This document shows positions 41,816-57,491 of a stretch of DNA of 64,000 nucleotides, one piece after another. The notes beneath the pieces were generated by a model. The model had not been told where the DNA came from, ran no database searches, and saw only the letters and a list, made by a program, of their open reading frames with translations. Position 1 is the first letter of the stretch. Every line of letters starts with the position of its first letter. A program made the position numbers and the translations under genes. This DNA comes from Octopus sinensis (taxonomy: Eukaryota). The stretch covers positions 24,366,001-24,430,000 of the forward strand of contig NC_043009.1 in NCBI RefSeq assembly GCF_006345805.1, read 5' to 3'.

Positions 41816-43334
41816 CCTTGCTGGGTTCCGTAAGTGCTGTAATTTTCAGATTTCTTGAGATTTCGGATTGCTTATATATTTGCATCTATAAAATGAAATA
41901 GCTTGGATGGGAACCAAGTCGAAGCGCAAAATCCATTTGCATTTCATAATCTAGCTCTGTATAAACACTGAATGCATGTTTATATTAATTTTGAATTCTT
42001 TTATGCAAAAAGGCAGAAAAGTGTATCAAGCGCCACATACATACAATGTCATAGTTTGAATAAAAGTTTGCTGTACGGGTACGCCATATTCTACTTTACG
42101 AAATTACGTTTATGTTGGTGTAAGAACAAAATATAGAGCACGATTATACTTTAAAAGAAAATGAAAACATTAAAATGTCAGCATTTCATTTTTAAAGTAA
42201 TGCACAAATAGTGTTCATATGTAAAGGTAAAATGAAGATCTCACGAAAAACTAGCCATTTCTGATTACCGTACACAAAAATAAACGAAATACAGCTTCCC
42301 AGTATTTTGGGGAGTTTTATAATTGTAATGTATCATGCCAGCATTCAGGAGTTCGTATTGTGGAGAAATTCGGATTTTGCAATATCGCATTAAGTAATTT
42401 TGAAGTGTATAAAAACGGACAAACATTATTTACGGCCTCAAACACTAGCATATACTAGAAAAGAATTACATACAGTTTTCAGTAAAGATAATTTCTCTAT
42501 AACTTTCGACAAACTAATAAATAAGTTAAATAAATGAGACTCGTATAAGATAGCTTTATAGGTTGCACTTAATTTTATACTATCGTTATCATAAAAATAA
42601 CAAGCATCTCAAATGTATTCATTTGAATCCTATATAAATTTCTTATATTCCATGGTGGCGTGGATGTCAAAAAGAGATGATTGTCCACGTTACATTTTAT
42701 CCTGATTTTCGTTTGCGATCAGTGTTTCGCATTGAAGCAGTTCCCCTATATTTGGATTATATCTCCCATGATATAATCCAACTCGGTTTTTAGGAACTTG
42801 ATACGGTTTCAGCACGAATCTGATCCTCATCAATTCTACAGCTTTTCAATGTCCGCAATTTTATATTATTCGTCTGTCTTATATGGGTAAGTCCTCAGTT
42901 TTTCTCTGCTGTTTTCGCAGCGATAAGCTTTCGAAATTTTTTTTCTGCAAAATATTAACACATACGACGCTTCGAAAGTTTGTTTGTAAAATGTTCTGGT
43001 ATTCGAAAAGCTATTAAGTGGCATTAAAATTTAAGTTTATTGTCACCAAAAACCGTTTAATAATTGAGCATGCAGCCAATACATAGGAAATACAGGGTTC
43101 GAAATACAAAGCCGCATGATAGTAAACCATTTCTGCCGTCAAAACGAGAAAACTCACTTGCTCTCTGTTGATTCCTTAGGTATATATTGCGTCCAAAATT
43201 TAATTTTTGGTCTATAATTGTATATTCTACACGCGCGCACACACACACACATATTAGTATACAGACAGAGACAGAAAGATAGATAGACAGACAGATAGAT
43301 AGAAAGATAGCTAGACAGACAGGTAGATAGATAT

Positions 43335-43375
<41 letters not shown>

Positions 43376-43788
43376 GATAGATAGATAGATAGATAGATAG
43401 ACAAACTGACAGATAGAGGGAGAGAGATAGATGGATAAATAGGTAGATAGATAGATACGTACATACATAGATAGATATATTGATAGAGTAAGAGAGACAG
43501 GTGGATAGATAGATACATATATATGCCTATTTTCTTATATCTATGTCAATATGCCTCGTTTTAGTAAATTTATTGAATATGTATTTATAAGTTTATTAAT
43601 TATATATTTATATATACAGAAACATGCATAATGAATTTCTCTAAACATTTCCGAATATTAATATCTCGAGTCACGAAACTGTTTGCCGGATGATATATAC
43701 ATATATATATATATATATATATTAAACCTTTATATGTATATATATGTGTGTGCATGCTTGTGTGTGTATGTGCATATATGTATATGTA

Positions 43789-43843
<55 letters not shown>

Positions 43844-43844
43844 G

Positions 43845-43875
<31 letters not shown>

Positions 43876-44661
43876 AGTATGTATATCTGAAAACATTATA
43901 GATATAGAAATATATGTTGCATTCATAGTGCATATAAAATCAATAAAAATATACATCCTTATTTCCAAAATATATGTATATACACACGCACTAACGCATA
44001 AACACACACATATATATATATGCTCGTAATTTATGTACATATATATAGATATGTACATATACATATATATACATATACTTACATCTATATATAAATATGT
44101 ATACATATATATTCGTATACACACGCAGATACACATATATATATATGTATATATACATATGTATTTATATATATATATATGTTCACGTATATATATATAA
44201 GTATGCGAGATACCCGTATTACTTGAGAAAAATACATTGGCATTCCATTCTTTGTCATGTGTAAACAGATGTATTAAATCCATGAAATATTCATTGATTT
44301 TTAATGAAAGAAATGAATAGATTTTAAAAAAAAGCTATTCGATATATTAAATAAACACGCATGCGCACACGTATATATATGTGTGTGTGTGCGTGTGTGT
44401 GTGTTGAGAAATCATAAGCCGATTGTATTAGTTCCATGAAGAATCATTAAAATATCTAATGTGTGTATTATATGGGTGCATCATGAAAATATGCAATGAT
44501 AAGTGTGAGACGAATCTACAAATTTGAGGAAAAGATTCAAGTATTTAGTTACATGTATGGCTCTGGGTTTGTGTTGGGTATGTATGAATAGGTTGGATAT
44601 TAATGAAGCTTACGATGATAATATTAATGATAACCATAATCATGATTGAAACAACAACAAC

Positions 44662-44771
<110 letters not shown>

Positions 44772-44950
44772 TGATGATGATGGTAGTACGATGATTATAA
44801 TGATTGATAATATAATTATAATTACTAGGATTCTTATCCGCCTAACTTTATAATATCAACGCGCAAAAATTAAAACTTTCATTATTAATATAAACAGCAG
44901 GATTATTAATACTACCAGTAGCAGTAGACATAGTGGTGCTAGTCGTAGTA

Positions 44951-44994
<44 letters not shown>

Positions 44995-45201
44995 TGTAGT
45001 AGTAGCAGCAGCAGCAGTAGTAGTAGTGGTAGTAGTAGTATAATTGTAATTATAGATTCTAGAATTCACATAGAAATGACAAATGTGTTAGCAAAATATG
45101 ATGAGGCGGACAAAATTGTGTGTGTATATACGTGTATATATATATATATATATTATATATATAATGTATTTATGTATATATATATATATGTATATATACT
45201 C

Positions 45202-45232
<31 letters not shown>

Positions 45233-45668
45233 CATATACTGATATATATATATGTATATATAAATGTCTATATGTATGTATTGATGTATGTACGTTTGCT
45301 GGCATCAATTCCATAGATTTGTACATATGTGTATGTGTATAGTGTGTGCTCAGAAATATTGACAAATTCACAATAGGTAAATAGAATAATTATTCAATGT
45401 AAATCAAACTTTATGTTTGTGTAAAGAATGATGGCAAATGAGAATTGATTACTGATATGCTACTTTCATTGTCAGTCAAATTTCGTGACAGGATATTCTG
45501 GCAGTTAAATAAACCTGAAAAATATAAAATCGATTCTAATGAATATATCATTTTTGTTTGTTACTGAATGTAAATGCGTATGCATAAACATGATGTGTCC
45601 GTGTGTTTAGCATATCTCTCTACAACCTCCGTCACTCTCACTGTCATTCTTGCTATATATATATATGT

Positions 45669-45711
<43 letters not shown>

Positions 45712-46433
45712 AATGAGTGTATGAATATACACAGACATACACACTCACACATACATACATGCATATACATACGTTCATACATATATACCTGCACGTATAT
45801 ATATATCAACATACCTCGTATATTTGTAGACCTACATATATACATTGACATGTATAATGAAACGCAGAACAGTCGATAGATAGATGCTTATACTTTGCGC
45901 GTATATATGTGTGTCTTTTTACTGCCCCCCGTATGTATGTAAGTGTATGTGTTTATAGGTGATTGTGTGTGCTTCCATGTACGTGTGGGAGTGTATACTT
46001 TCTGTTTGTGTTTTTGTATTTTTATATTTTGTGTTTGTAATTCCCTTTGTATTTTTACAAGTTAGAGTCATTGGACTGCATCCATTCTCGGGAAGGATTT
46101 TCTTGCATTGAGTTGGTCATATTGAACCTATTAACTATGTTGAAGTATTAAACTAATTTTAATATCATTTATTCCAAAACGCTAAGTTAATAAATAGAAG
46201 CACAAAAGGAAACACACATATCCACTGAATTACACACATGTATATACAGACACATATTCATATACACATATAATTTATATGTATTCGCATACATCTACAC
46301 AGAGAGAGACACAGACACACACTTGTATGTATACATGGATGGATAGATGTATTTATGTATGTATAATAGATAGATAGACAGACAGAGAGACAGACAGACA
46401 GACAGACAGATAGATAGATATATAGATAGATAG

Positions 46434-46509
<76 letters not shown>

Positions 46510-46699
46510 GGATGTATGTGTGTTTTCGTGAGCTTAAGGAAATGTTATCCGTTTGCAGAAGGTTGTCAGGATTCCAAATATTATTAAATCTATTCATTTG
46601 AATCCAGAGTTTGTGAAATGGTTGATTCTCATATTGTGAGTGTACAGTTCGAAAATATGAACATAGACATTTGATGGTCTTTTAATGTGCTCTATACAT

Positions 46700-47560
46700 T
46701 TATGAAGTGTAAAAGTAATGTCAATCTCTTTTTGGTCAGAATCTTATTCTAATAACAACAATAGCTACAACATTCTTTAATATTTTCAAAGTCCCTTAAT
46801 GTAAAACTTTCTTTCAAATCAATCAGTTCATATATTTCCATTGAGGAATGGGTAAACCTTTAATATAGAAGAGGGCTTTCTTCTAGGCGTTCCTTCAATG
46901 TAACCCTCCGGAAATCCTTTTGTATAATTCGTTGTTTATGTATTCTTACTCGTTCGAAAAAGAAGTTTCCAGTCTGTCCGATGTAAATTTCGTTGCAGGT
47001 AAGGCAAGTCAAGAAATAAAGCAGATTTTTGGTATCTGTTTGCAAATAATATTAGCTTTTAAATTTTATATTGGATCCATATTCCACTGAATCGACACCG
47101 TTACTACATATTCTAAAACAGTTGCCTCCATAAGCTTTGTGGACTATTGAGTTATTATCTGACGTGAATTATGTTCTTGTGGCGTTCTTTTGTCGTAATG
47201 GGGGTTCTTTTTTTGCTGTCATTTGCAGTTCATTCTACAATATTTCTCGATTAAATCTTTTGGGAGCTTCGCAGCCAGGATTGGTAAAATTGCTGTTACA
47301 CTGACGAATATAATTGTCGTCATTAGAACATGTGTTTTAAGAAGCGGAATAATATTCTCCTCAAATGTTCTTCTAAGCCTCAGTTTTGGCATTTCAACAA
47401 CTATTTTTACTTTTAATTTCAAGGGATAATTTTGAAGCTCCAGAAAGAATTTAAGTTTATCAATATCAATTTGTCTAAATGTAAAGTCAACGGCTTTTGG
47501 GCAATTGAATCTTGGCATATTCGACAGTCAGTTCCTTTTGATACGTGAATCGCAAAGAGA
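46700..47560 (-). mobile_element. Decayed Penelope-like element (RT C-terminus plus GIY-YIG)
   Basis: ORF 46860-47045 gives KNLLYFLTCLTCNEIYIGQTGNFFFERVRIHKQRI (CxxC, YIGQT, R-H). The upstream ORF has KLKFFLELQNYP. Confidence 0.85.
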
Positions 47561-47867
47561 ATAAAAGTTCAAATACATGTATTTTCATCTATTTCTTTTA
47601 CACATTTCAGTCCTCGGAAAGATGACATGTTCGAGAACCGTCTTGAAGAGTTTAGTCGAAGAAATCGCCACCAGAACTAATTAGCAAGAACCACCAACTT
47701 ACAGGGATGTATAAAAACCCAAATCATTTGTCAACTGGTGGTGAGGACAGTCGTAATTCTCACATATACGAAAACCCACACAGACACGCACACATGTACA
47801 TACACACACAACACTTATGTATACACACACACACACACTCACATATATATATATGTATATATATCCA

Positions 47868-47914
<47 letters not shown>

Positions 47915-48066
47915 TATACAATTGGCGTTCACACAGTTTCCATTTACCAAATTCACTGTTGGGGCAAAGTTAGAAGCCACTTGCTTGAGGTGGTTTGCCG
48001 TTGGACGGAACCGGAAGGTGCGTGGCTGCACAGTGAATGTCTTAGCTATTCAGTAATACCCCCCCC

Positions 48067-48125
<59 letters not shown>

Positions 48126-48935
48126 GAACACAGACACACATGCATCAATATATGTGTGCGTACTTATATATGTATTCATATATATGTATATCTATCTATA
48201 CATATACATGTGTATTTATATAAATATTTATGCTTGTATGTATGTATGTCATGACTATGCATTGCAAGTTTGTCTTTTGTGTTTAGCGATAGGCATAGTG
48301 CTCTAGTTGTACAACGATAAGCTCCTCTTTTGCCAATAACCTCCCTTTTTTGGTTTACAGAGGCGAAGCATATCTTATCCTCATATATAAATGAAGACAC
48401 TAGCCCCCATCTCGCTACGACATGTACACATGACTGACGTTTATGATTCAATGGCATTCTGTCTGTCTAATATCATCCTGAGTATTTTTAGTGATAATTT
48501 TATTTCTAGCCATATTTTCCGATTGTATTTTCGAACACTATTTTTTTTTATTCCAATCAATGTAATTGAATGACACTGAAAGAAAACGAAAATAAAATTT
48601 TAGAGAAATGAGGAATACGAAGTGATTTATCTGCATTCTACACACACTTACACAGACACACACACATACACACACACACACACCATAACACACATACACT
48701 ACACATACATGATAAAGCATACAGGGATACACGTATATCTAGGTATATCTGCCATATATATATGTGTGTGTATGTGTGTGTGTATGTGTATTTATATATG
48801 TATATGTGAATATTTTGTTTATAGATACATGCAACATTCATGTATATATTTACATATGTATACATACACGCATACATATATATGTGTACATATGTATATA
48901 TATATATATATATTCATATATATATATATATATAA

Positions 48936-48974
<39 letters not shown>

Positions 48975-49009
48975 TACATATATATATATATATATATTAT
49001 ATTATATAT

Positions 49010-49740
49010 ATACACGTATGTATATTCACAAAAGCAATCAAATCTAATGTGAATAAATGATAGTGATTTAAACTGTAACACATAAGGGCCGAATATCACT
49101 CTGATCTCATCCTTGATATCAATAAAAACAGGAGCTAAGTAGTTGTAATGGAGAAGATATGATGGAAAGTGGTAGAGATTAACACATACAACAAAACAAA
49201 AGTAAACAGACTCATAAAGTCATGGATGGTAACGTGCGCAATTGTGTCTCTACCAAGGGAAAATCCGGAACCACCACATGCCAAAAACCCTATGCCGTCT
49301 CCCAAGCGGCAACAGAAGAAATACCAACAATGAAGCAAACAAACTGCACATATATATATATATTATATTTATATATATACACGTATGTATATTCACAAAA
49401 GCAATCAAATCTAATGTGAATAAATGATAGTGATTTAAACTGTAACACATAAGGGCCGAATATCACTCTGATCTCATCCTGATATCAATAAAAACAGGAG
49501 CTAAGTAGTTGTAATGGAGAAGATATGATGGAAAGTGGTAGAGATTAACACATACAACAAAACAAAAGTAAACAGACTCATAAAGTCATGGATGGTAACG
49601 TGCGCAATTGTGTCTCTACCAAGGGAAAATCCGGAACCACCACATGCCAAAAACCCTATGCCGTCTCCCAAGCGGCAACAGAAGAAATACCAACAATGAA
49701 GCAAACAAACTGCACATATATATATATATATATATTATAC
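49010..49740. repeat. Near-perfect 366-bp tandem duplication bounded by TA tracts
   Basis: Identical ORFs at 49135 and 49501. The only difference seen outside the TA tract is a 1-nt indel (catcctt/catcct). Confidence 0.95.
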
Positions 49741-49793
49741 ACACATATGTACTCGTATACTCACGTATACATATGTATGCAGACACACAAACG

Positions 49794-49828
<35 letters not shown>

Positions 49829-49954
49829 TTACACACACGTACATACAGATACAGAGATATATGTGCATGATATACGTATGTGAGTTTAGACATATATATA
49901 TATGTGTGTGTGTATGTGTTTAATATAAATGTAAATATATTTGGAAACAGGTAG

Positions 49955-49994
<40 letters not shown>

Positions 49995-50029
49995 TATTAT
50001 ATATATAGATAGATGATAGATAGATAGAT

Positions 50030-50073
<44 letters not shown>

Positions 50074-50098
50074 TAAATAGATAGATAGATAGATAGAT

Positions 50099-50145
<47 letters not shown>

Positions 50146-50269
50146 GATAGATTGATAGATTGACTGATAGACATACAGAGAGATAGAGATAGAAAGAGAA
50201 AGAGAGACAGAGAAACAGATGGAAAGAAAGAGAGACAGATAGATTTCTTATATACAATCATATATATAA

Positions 50270-50660
50270 ATGTATGTACTCCCTGGAGAGAAGGCGTGAG
50301 AGATATGCAATAATCTACATATGGAAATAGTCTAGAAGGGCTTGTACCTAATTTCGGCATTAGCTGTTATACAAATGGTACAACTGGCCACTGTTGTATT
50401 CTACCAAGTGTACCATCCACTCCATCTAAATTCTAGACCAGGTACTGCACTAGTCTAGGATTCAAAGGCCCACAGCTCTTCAATTCCCTGCCTCAAACAT
50501 TAGTAAATCTGCATTAGGTGGAATTAGATATCTTCAAAAAGGACCTAGACATCTTCATCTCCACAATATCGGACGAATCAACAGCTCGACATGAGGTGCA
50601 GACGAGGGCAGCGGAACCGAACTCCCTTAAGTACCAAATGGGCTAACAGCCGGGACAGAG
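50270..50660 (+). mobile_element. CR1/L2-group LINE 3' fragment
   Basis: MYSLERRRERYAIIYIWK..LEGLVPNFGI..SLGFKGPQLFNSLPQTLVNLH*VELDIFKKDLDIF. Confidence 0.85.
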
Positions 50661-50787
50661 ACGCATACAGAAGTGGTGATGTGAAACGTCCCAGACTGAG
50701 GAACTGAAAATGATCACAGTGGTCCTCCAGCATGATCGCAGCCGCATGGTTGAAACGAATAAAAGAGTAAAAGCGTATATATATATA

Positions 50788-50836
<49 letters not shown>

Positions 50837-52189
50837 TATGTATGTATAATATCATGTATGCATATATACATATATATATGCATATATCTATATACATATA
50901 CGTGTATGTGTGTGTGTGCGTGCGTGCGTGTGTGTGTGTGTGTGTGTTTGTGTGCGTTTATAAATTTTCAGCATTTTACTCTCTATCTTAATGTGAATAG
51001 CACACTTTTCTCATTGTTATTACTTAATGCACATACTTTTATCTTCGTCCCATCAAAATTGTAATACATTTTTTCTACCAAGCTATAAAGAAACACATCT
51101 ATCAATGAGAATGAAACCGGTCATGAAATATAAACACCCAGTGAACCTTGTCCACGAAGAAAATGTGATTCCCAGTTGCACTTACTTGAACTCTATTAAA
51201 GATTCCGAGGCCTTGAGGGATAAACAAACGTCGAAAGATTTCATCCATATAACTTATAATCCTAAGAAACTTTGCTCTGCTTACCTAATAAATCAATATA
51301 TTTAATAATTTGACGAGAAATTCCTCGGTTATTTTAGGTTATGGTCATTAAAATATGTAAACGTCACAACAAAATGGCGTAAAACATACTTCATAATACA
51401 TTATGAAATCACTTTCTATTAATGCTGCCATTAATATAAATGCATTTTGTATGAGCACAGCGCTATTATTATGCTGAGAGAAAATGCAACAAAACTAGGC
51501 TACAATCTTTTTACAATATATATTGTCAAAAATGAACTTTTTTTTTTGCAAATATATATAATTGAAGGTATTGCAAAAGATAAACGGCCACAAGGAGGCA
51601 CGACTCACGCTAGGCGACACTGTCTAAGATGAACGTTACATGATGGAACTATACTGCACGCATTTGTTCAGTGGTATTGAACTCGAATCCACATAGTTGC
51701 AAGGTAATATTATTTACCACGCAGTCATACATGCTTCTATCCACACCACCGTGCTTATGCATAAATGCAGAACTGCACCAATATACGAACTATCAGAACG
51801 GTCATTTGTTAAATCGTGATGTTATTTAATAAATCAAGAAGATACGTATGAGCAAAAATTCGCGCGTTTGATGATGGGATTTGCATTAAGTATTTTGCCA
51901 CTGGAAGGTTTATCAAATATTTATATGATAAGAATTTAATGAATTGATAAAATGGAATTTCACTGAATTTGTAAAAATCATTATTAGAATTACCTACAAC
52001 TAGATGATCACTCCTGTCTCAACCCTACCTTTCTCGTACTCGTTCCCTCTGCAACTCTCTTCGTGTGTGTGTGCATGTGAGTATGTACACATACACACGC
52101 ACACACACACATCATTCTGTTAATTCTCTCAACTCGTGAGCTGCGGCAATGATGGGGCGCCGCCGCAAGCTTAGTTATACTTTCCCTAT

Positions 52190-52950
52190 ATGCAGCCTCC
52201 TCTTCAATGTGTTTGAGGTTGCTGCCCTCAACTGCATTTCCTGCAGCACGATAGGTTCATTGAGAACTCTTGACAGGAATCGAGTTTTGTTTTGAAGACA
52301 CGAACATCTACCATGTGTAAGACTCAAGTTTTTTTTATTTTTTTAGGATACTGTTGAGCTGCGTGACCTTCTAACCCAAGCTGTTGCAGCATCTGATCCT
52401 GCATTCTGATGGTAATGTTGAGATGTTTGCCACCACGCACTGGTACCCTAGACTGCTGCTTCAGTATTTCAGTGCCAATGGCTGGTTCTACCAGGATTTT
52501 CCAGATGCATATCACTGCATATTTTTGTCGCCTTCGTTCTAGGAAGGAGCGTCTTAACTATTCAGCCTTTTCCAGTAGCTGACATGTCACATTGATCTGT
52601 GTGTAGCTTCGCTGGATTGCTTCGAGCTTCACCGTTAATTTTACACTGCGTGGTGGCCATATTCGGCAGCAGTAGTCTAACTGGTTGATGAAAAATATCC
52701 TCCAGACGACGTTCATGGTTTGTAGTTTTGTACTTTTCTCTTTCTTACTATTCTAAGGATCCATTTGGCTATCCGCGTGCTTGCTATTGCCACCTTACTT
52801 AAGCGCAAATGGAAGCATACACTATTACGCATATCAATGCCCAGGTCAGCACTGATTTCGATTCAGCGATTACAATCCATTCTGAGCCAGAGTATTCTGT
52901 CTGCATTTCATTCAGTTTCATGTGTTGGTAACGCAGTACTTTGAATCTTC
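52190..52950 (-). mobile_element. CR1/L2-group LINE RT C-terminal fragment
   Basis: Minus frames give QLDYCCRIWPPRSVKLTVKLEAIQRSYT and FLERRRQKYAVICIWKIL. Same family as 50270. Confidence 0.8.
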
Positions 52951-53063
52951 CATATATTTCAAGTACATATTCCTAGTTAGATATATATTACACATCTCTA
53001 TACATGTATACATATATACATATTTATATATAGAACAAGTGCTCTGTTTGTTGGTTCCAGCAA

Positions 53064-53177
53064 TGGCTCTGACGAAGGTATCATAAATTTTCTTAGGTCT
53101 TTTAATTTAGCTCAATTGTTCAAGAGACTAATTGCGTAAACCTATCTATAATGATGAATAGAAACAGCTGTAAGCCA
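53064..53177 (+). ncRNA. Type I hammerhead with an 85-nt stem II region
   Basis: tggct CTGACGA [53076-53160] GAAA cagctg TA agcca. Perfect 5-bp stem I and palindromic stem III ACAGCTGT. Confidence 0.7.
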
Positions 53178-53934
53178 AACCTGCAATAATAAAGGGATTG
53201 TATGTAATGATCATTATTTTAAGTCTTGTCTGTTTGTATGTATATGTGTGTGTACTACGATTTCATATACACAGTATATAAGTCCGAGCTAATAGTAATT
53301 TCATACTGTGAAAACACATGCAACTAGCAAAGATTATATATCATGCCCAGTGTTTCATAGCAATCTTTCATATTGAAATATACAACCCTTGGCCGGTCTT
53401 TTCTTGAGAAAAGGCTGCTGTTCGTTGAATACAATAAAAAATCGAAAGCAAAAGGAAAAATAGTAGTTGCTTCTTTTGTTCATTCAAAGGAGACTTACTT
53501 TGGATGCTGGATTCTGATTTCACGGAACAAAACGACGCAAAACTTGATATATTTTTCTTTCTGTTCTTCTTTTCCTCTTTTCCCATTCCGCATTTTGAAC
53601 TTTCTCATTACACTTATTAGATTTATCTTACTCACGTCTTATCTCGTGTTTTCTCATAGACCAGCGCCCTTTCTTGTTGGATTTTTTTTCTTTTTTTCAA
53701 AAGCCAGGATCCGTTCTCGTTCTGTCATAGAAGACATTCCATGTTGTATATTTGAGTCTGAAAGATTGCTGGGAAACACAAGGCTCTATAAATAAGCTTG
53801 CCATTTCTAGTGTTTCCACAGCATGAAACTAACAGTACCTCGAATTTACAAAGTGTATATATATTAAATGACATTTATCTTTGACTTGATGGAGAACTTC
53901 GTTTTTGTTGATCTTATCAATTAAAGAACAATAA

Positions 53935-53976
<42 letters not shown>

Positions 53977-55290
53977 CAAATATATACGTTTTATTTATTA
54001 TTTTGCACATTATTTAATCATCGTTATATGTTTTATCTTATATTTAATCTTTCTATAATATGTAATTTTTCTAAATGGTATAATTTAGTTTTTCATAATT
54101 GAATTGATAAAAAGTACTTTTTTCTAATTTATTTATAAATATATTATATTTGTGAAATTTGATTTAGTATTTCTAAATTGAATTTTCTCCTGTAAGTTTG
54201 GAATAATATTCTCTCATATCATATTATCATATATATATATATATATATAAATGTGATATTTATCCACATGTATAAGTGGATGTTGCGTTGGAACACGGAA
54301 CAGTGCGATATCTACAATGACAAAACCTTTCGTACAGATATGTGATGTACATAACCACTAGTGTTTATATCGCTGGCGGGAGATAATCAGCCGCCATCAC
54401 AGACTGGACGAACAGGTCACATGATTTCGGACTTTTCATGCCTTACCAATAAATATATATGTATGTGCATGTATGCTCGCTCATGAAGAAGCATATTCAG
54501 AGACAGCTAAAATATTTTGCCAAAAACTTTAAGTGCATCACAAATAAAATTCTAGACGAAACCACGCCAACATCATAAAACAATAGTCACGATGACGATA
54601 GCAACAACAAAATCAACAATAGCGACAATTATTTCAAAGCACTCTAGTATCTCAATAACTCTTTCATTGATTTCAGTTCGAAAATAATATCAACTACTGC
54701 AATAACACGAAAATCAATCAAACAATATGAAAGCTGCATCAGGCATATGGATATTGGACATATCAGCTCGATGGGACTTGAGTAGAAGCGGTTTGAATGA
54801 ATCTATATAGTGTCTCATAATGTTTTAACCACTCGAAGGTAGGTTATCATTGATGTAGAAGACATTTCGTTTATATTTTGTACAAGACGTACACACACAC
54901 GCGTAAATACGTAAACAATATATGTATGCATACGTATATATATACATATATATATATGTATAAAAGTATACATATATATATATGTATATATATGTATATA
55001 TATATATAGACACATGTATATGTATATATGTAGATATACCTGTATATGCATACATAAATATATATTACGAGAAATATACATGCATAGCTTTATCTTTATA
55101 TATCTATATATAGACAAATTTATAGATAGAGAGATAGATAGATAGATAGATAGATAGATTGATAGCGAGTAAGAGACGGAGAGGAAATAGACAGAGAGAG
55201 AAGGATAGATAGATAGGTAGACAAAAGGACATACCGACAGGCAGGCGGCTAGGCAGTTAGTTAGATGGATAGATAGATAGGTATATATAT

Positions 55291-55342
<52 letters not shown>

Positions 55343-55350
55343 GAGAGAGT

Positions 55351-55381
<31 letters not shown>

Positions 55382-55689
55382 TCAGACAGACAGATAGACA
55401 GACAGACAGAGATTATTTTATATCTCTCGAAACATTGATACATCCAAAATAAAATCAGAAACATAAATAAGGACACTCAAACGAAAGAGATCAAAACAAA
55501 AAAAAAAATACTAAAAAAACTATTGCAAAGAAAGAAGCGAAATTCATAAGCAGAACACATATCAAAGATGGAGATTATGAATGCAATCGTAGACAAAATA
55601 GTTGCGGAAACAACAACAGCTCTAAAATGTAATAGGTAAGTGACCTATCACAATAGTAGTAGAAATAATCGAGTCACCTATTTACACAA

Positions 55690-55730
55690 ATAAATACATA
55701 TGTTTCAATATATATGTTTCTTCAGATTAG
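55690..55730 (-). ncRNA. Candidate decayed minimal hammerhead
   Basis: Reverse complement reads ctaat CTGAAGA aacatatatatt GAAA catatg TA tttat. Stem III is palindromic but stem I is weak. Confidence 0.45.
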
Positions 55731-56161
55731 TTTACGTACCTACCACATGAATATGCATGTGTGTGTGTGTGTGTGTGTTGCATTTTAGTGGATGGACAAA
55801 AGAGGCCGATAGAATAAGTACCAGTTTTTACAAATTATGTACTCGGAGACATTTACTTCGGCGAAATTTTCTTCAAGGTGGTGTCCCAGCTTGGCCGCAG
55901 CCTAATAACTAAAATAAGTAGAAGTTATAACGGATATATATACATGGTTACGAAAACAAGTGAAATAGAACTTTTTATTAGTTTGATGAGTACCAACGCA
56001 CAAAACATACAGCACTTAAGTTATTCCATTGCTTCAGGTATATGTATATGTGTGTGTGCACGTGTGTGTATATGCATGTATATATTTATCTATTGATGTA
56101 TGTATGTATCTCTCTGTCTCTCTGTCTCTCTCTCCCTCTCTCTCTCTCTCTCTTCTCTATA

Positions 56162-56198
<37 letters not shown>

Positions 56199-56819
56199 TA
56201 TAAATAAGGATAAGATCATTAATTTAAATATCGATCTTACCAAGTGGCCAACATGGGAATAAAAAATTCAAATGTAATAATTATTATTGAAATTATAATT
56301 TAGGATATCTAAGAGATACCAACACATTGGAAAGAGCAGTCAAAACCTGACTCTAAAACCACATCAAATATTCATACAGCACCAGGAGAAAAAACAAAGA
56401 CACAAAATATACTAGCAAAAAATTACTGGATAATTCTAGATCCCGGATTTCTGGTTTTGCGTAAGAAATGCTTTGCACATAAAATATGTATATGACAAGC
56501 TTCTTTCAGTTTCCATGCACCAAATACTTTCAGGAGTCTTTCATTGGCCAGGGGCTACAAGAGATGTCACGCAGTGAGGAACAACCTGGAAGGATGTCAT
56601 TTGAAAGTAAACTTCTTACCACACAGCTTTTATGCATACTCATACATACACACACACTTTTATTTTAACTCCGGGAGGACATCTCCACTTGGTTATGCAC
56701 TCAATATATACGAAGCAGGGAGAAAATTCCCCATATAAATGTATATCTATAAATAGGTACATATACATATGTACATGGATATATGTGTATTTGGGTATGT
56801 GTATATATACATATGCATA

Positions 56820-56892
<73 letters not shown>

Positions 56893-56939
56893 ATGTATAT
56901 ATGCGTATACGTATGTATGTACGTGTGCATGTATATTAA

Positions 56940-57491
56940 TCAATCATGTCAGGTCACTTTCGAGTGCCACTGGTAACATGTAACCTAGTATAACCTGTTG
57001 CATGGTCGGGTCGACTAAACTGGCAACCCCACCAAGCTTGCTTGGTGAGGAGGGTGTTTATTGGACACCCTGCGGGATGGAAAACAAAAACCCGTCAAAG
57101 GGCGGAGGAACTCTTGAGAGTCAACGACCATCCAATAAATGTCTTAAGGCTGTATCATGCGAGGAGTCATAGAAATAATCAAACAGAATACCCGATCGCG
57201 CGGTTAAACCATTGGGAGTGAAGGACTCCTAGTCTTTGTTAGGGAATCCTTCTAGGAGAAGGTAACTCAGGTAACTGGGATAACTCCGATATAAAACCTG
57301 CGGCTCAGTGTTTACCGATGATGTTGACTTGTTCTTCTTTTCGGATTATGGCTGATGTTGCTTAGTGAGTGGGCTTGACTTAGTGCACATCCTTTCATCA
57401 TTTAAAAAATATATTCTTGCACAGGCATTGCACGATAACAACATTGATTAAGCTTGGTCAATGGCCATACTCGATAACGACGAGGCAGCCA

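Noticed and set aside
51092-51128. GAAA ccgg TC atg, a half-hammerhead
   Set aside because: The CUGANGA box is not recognisable.
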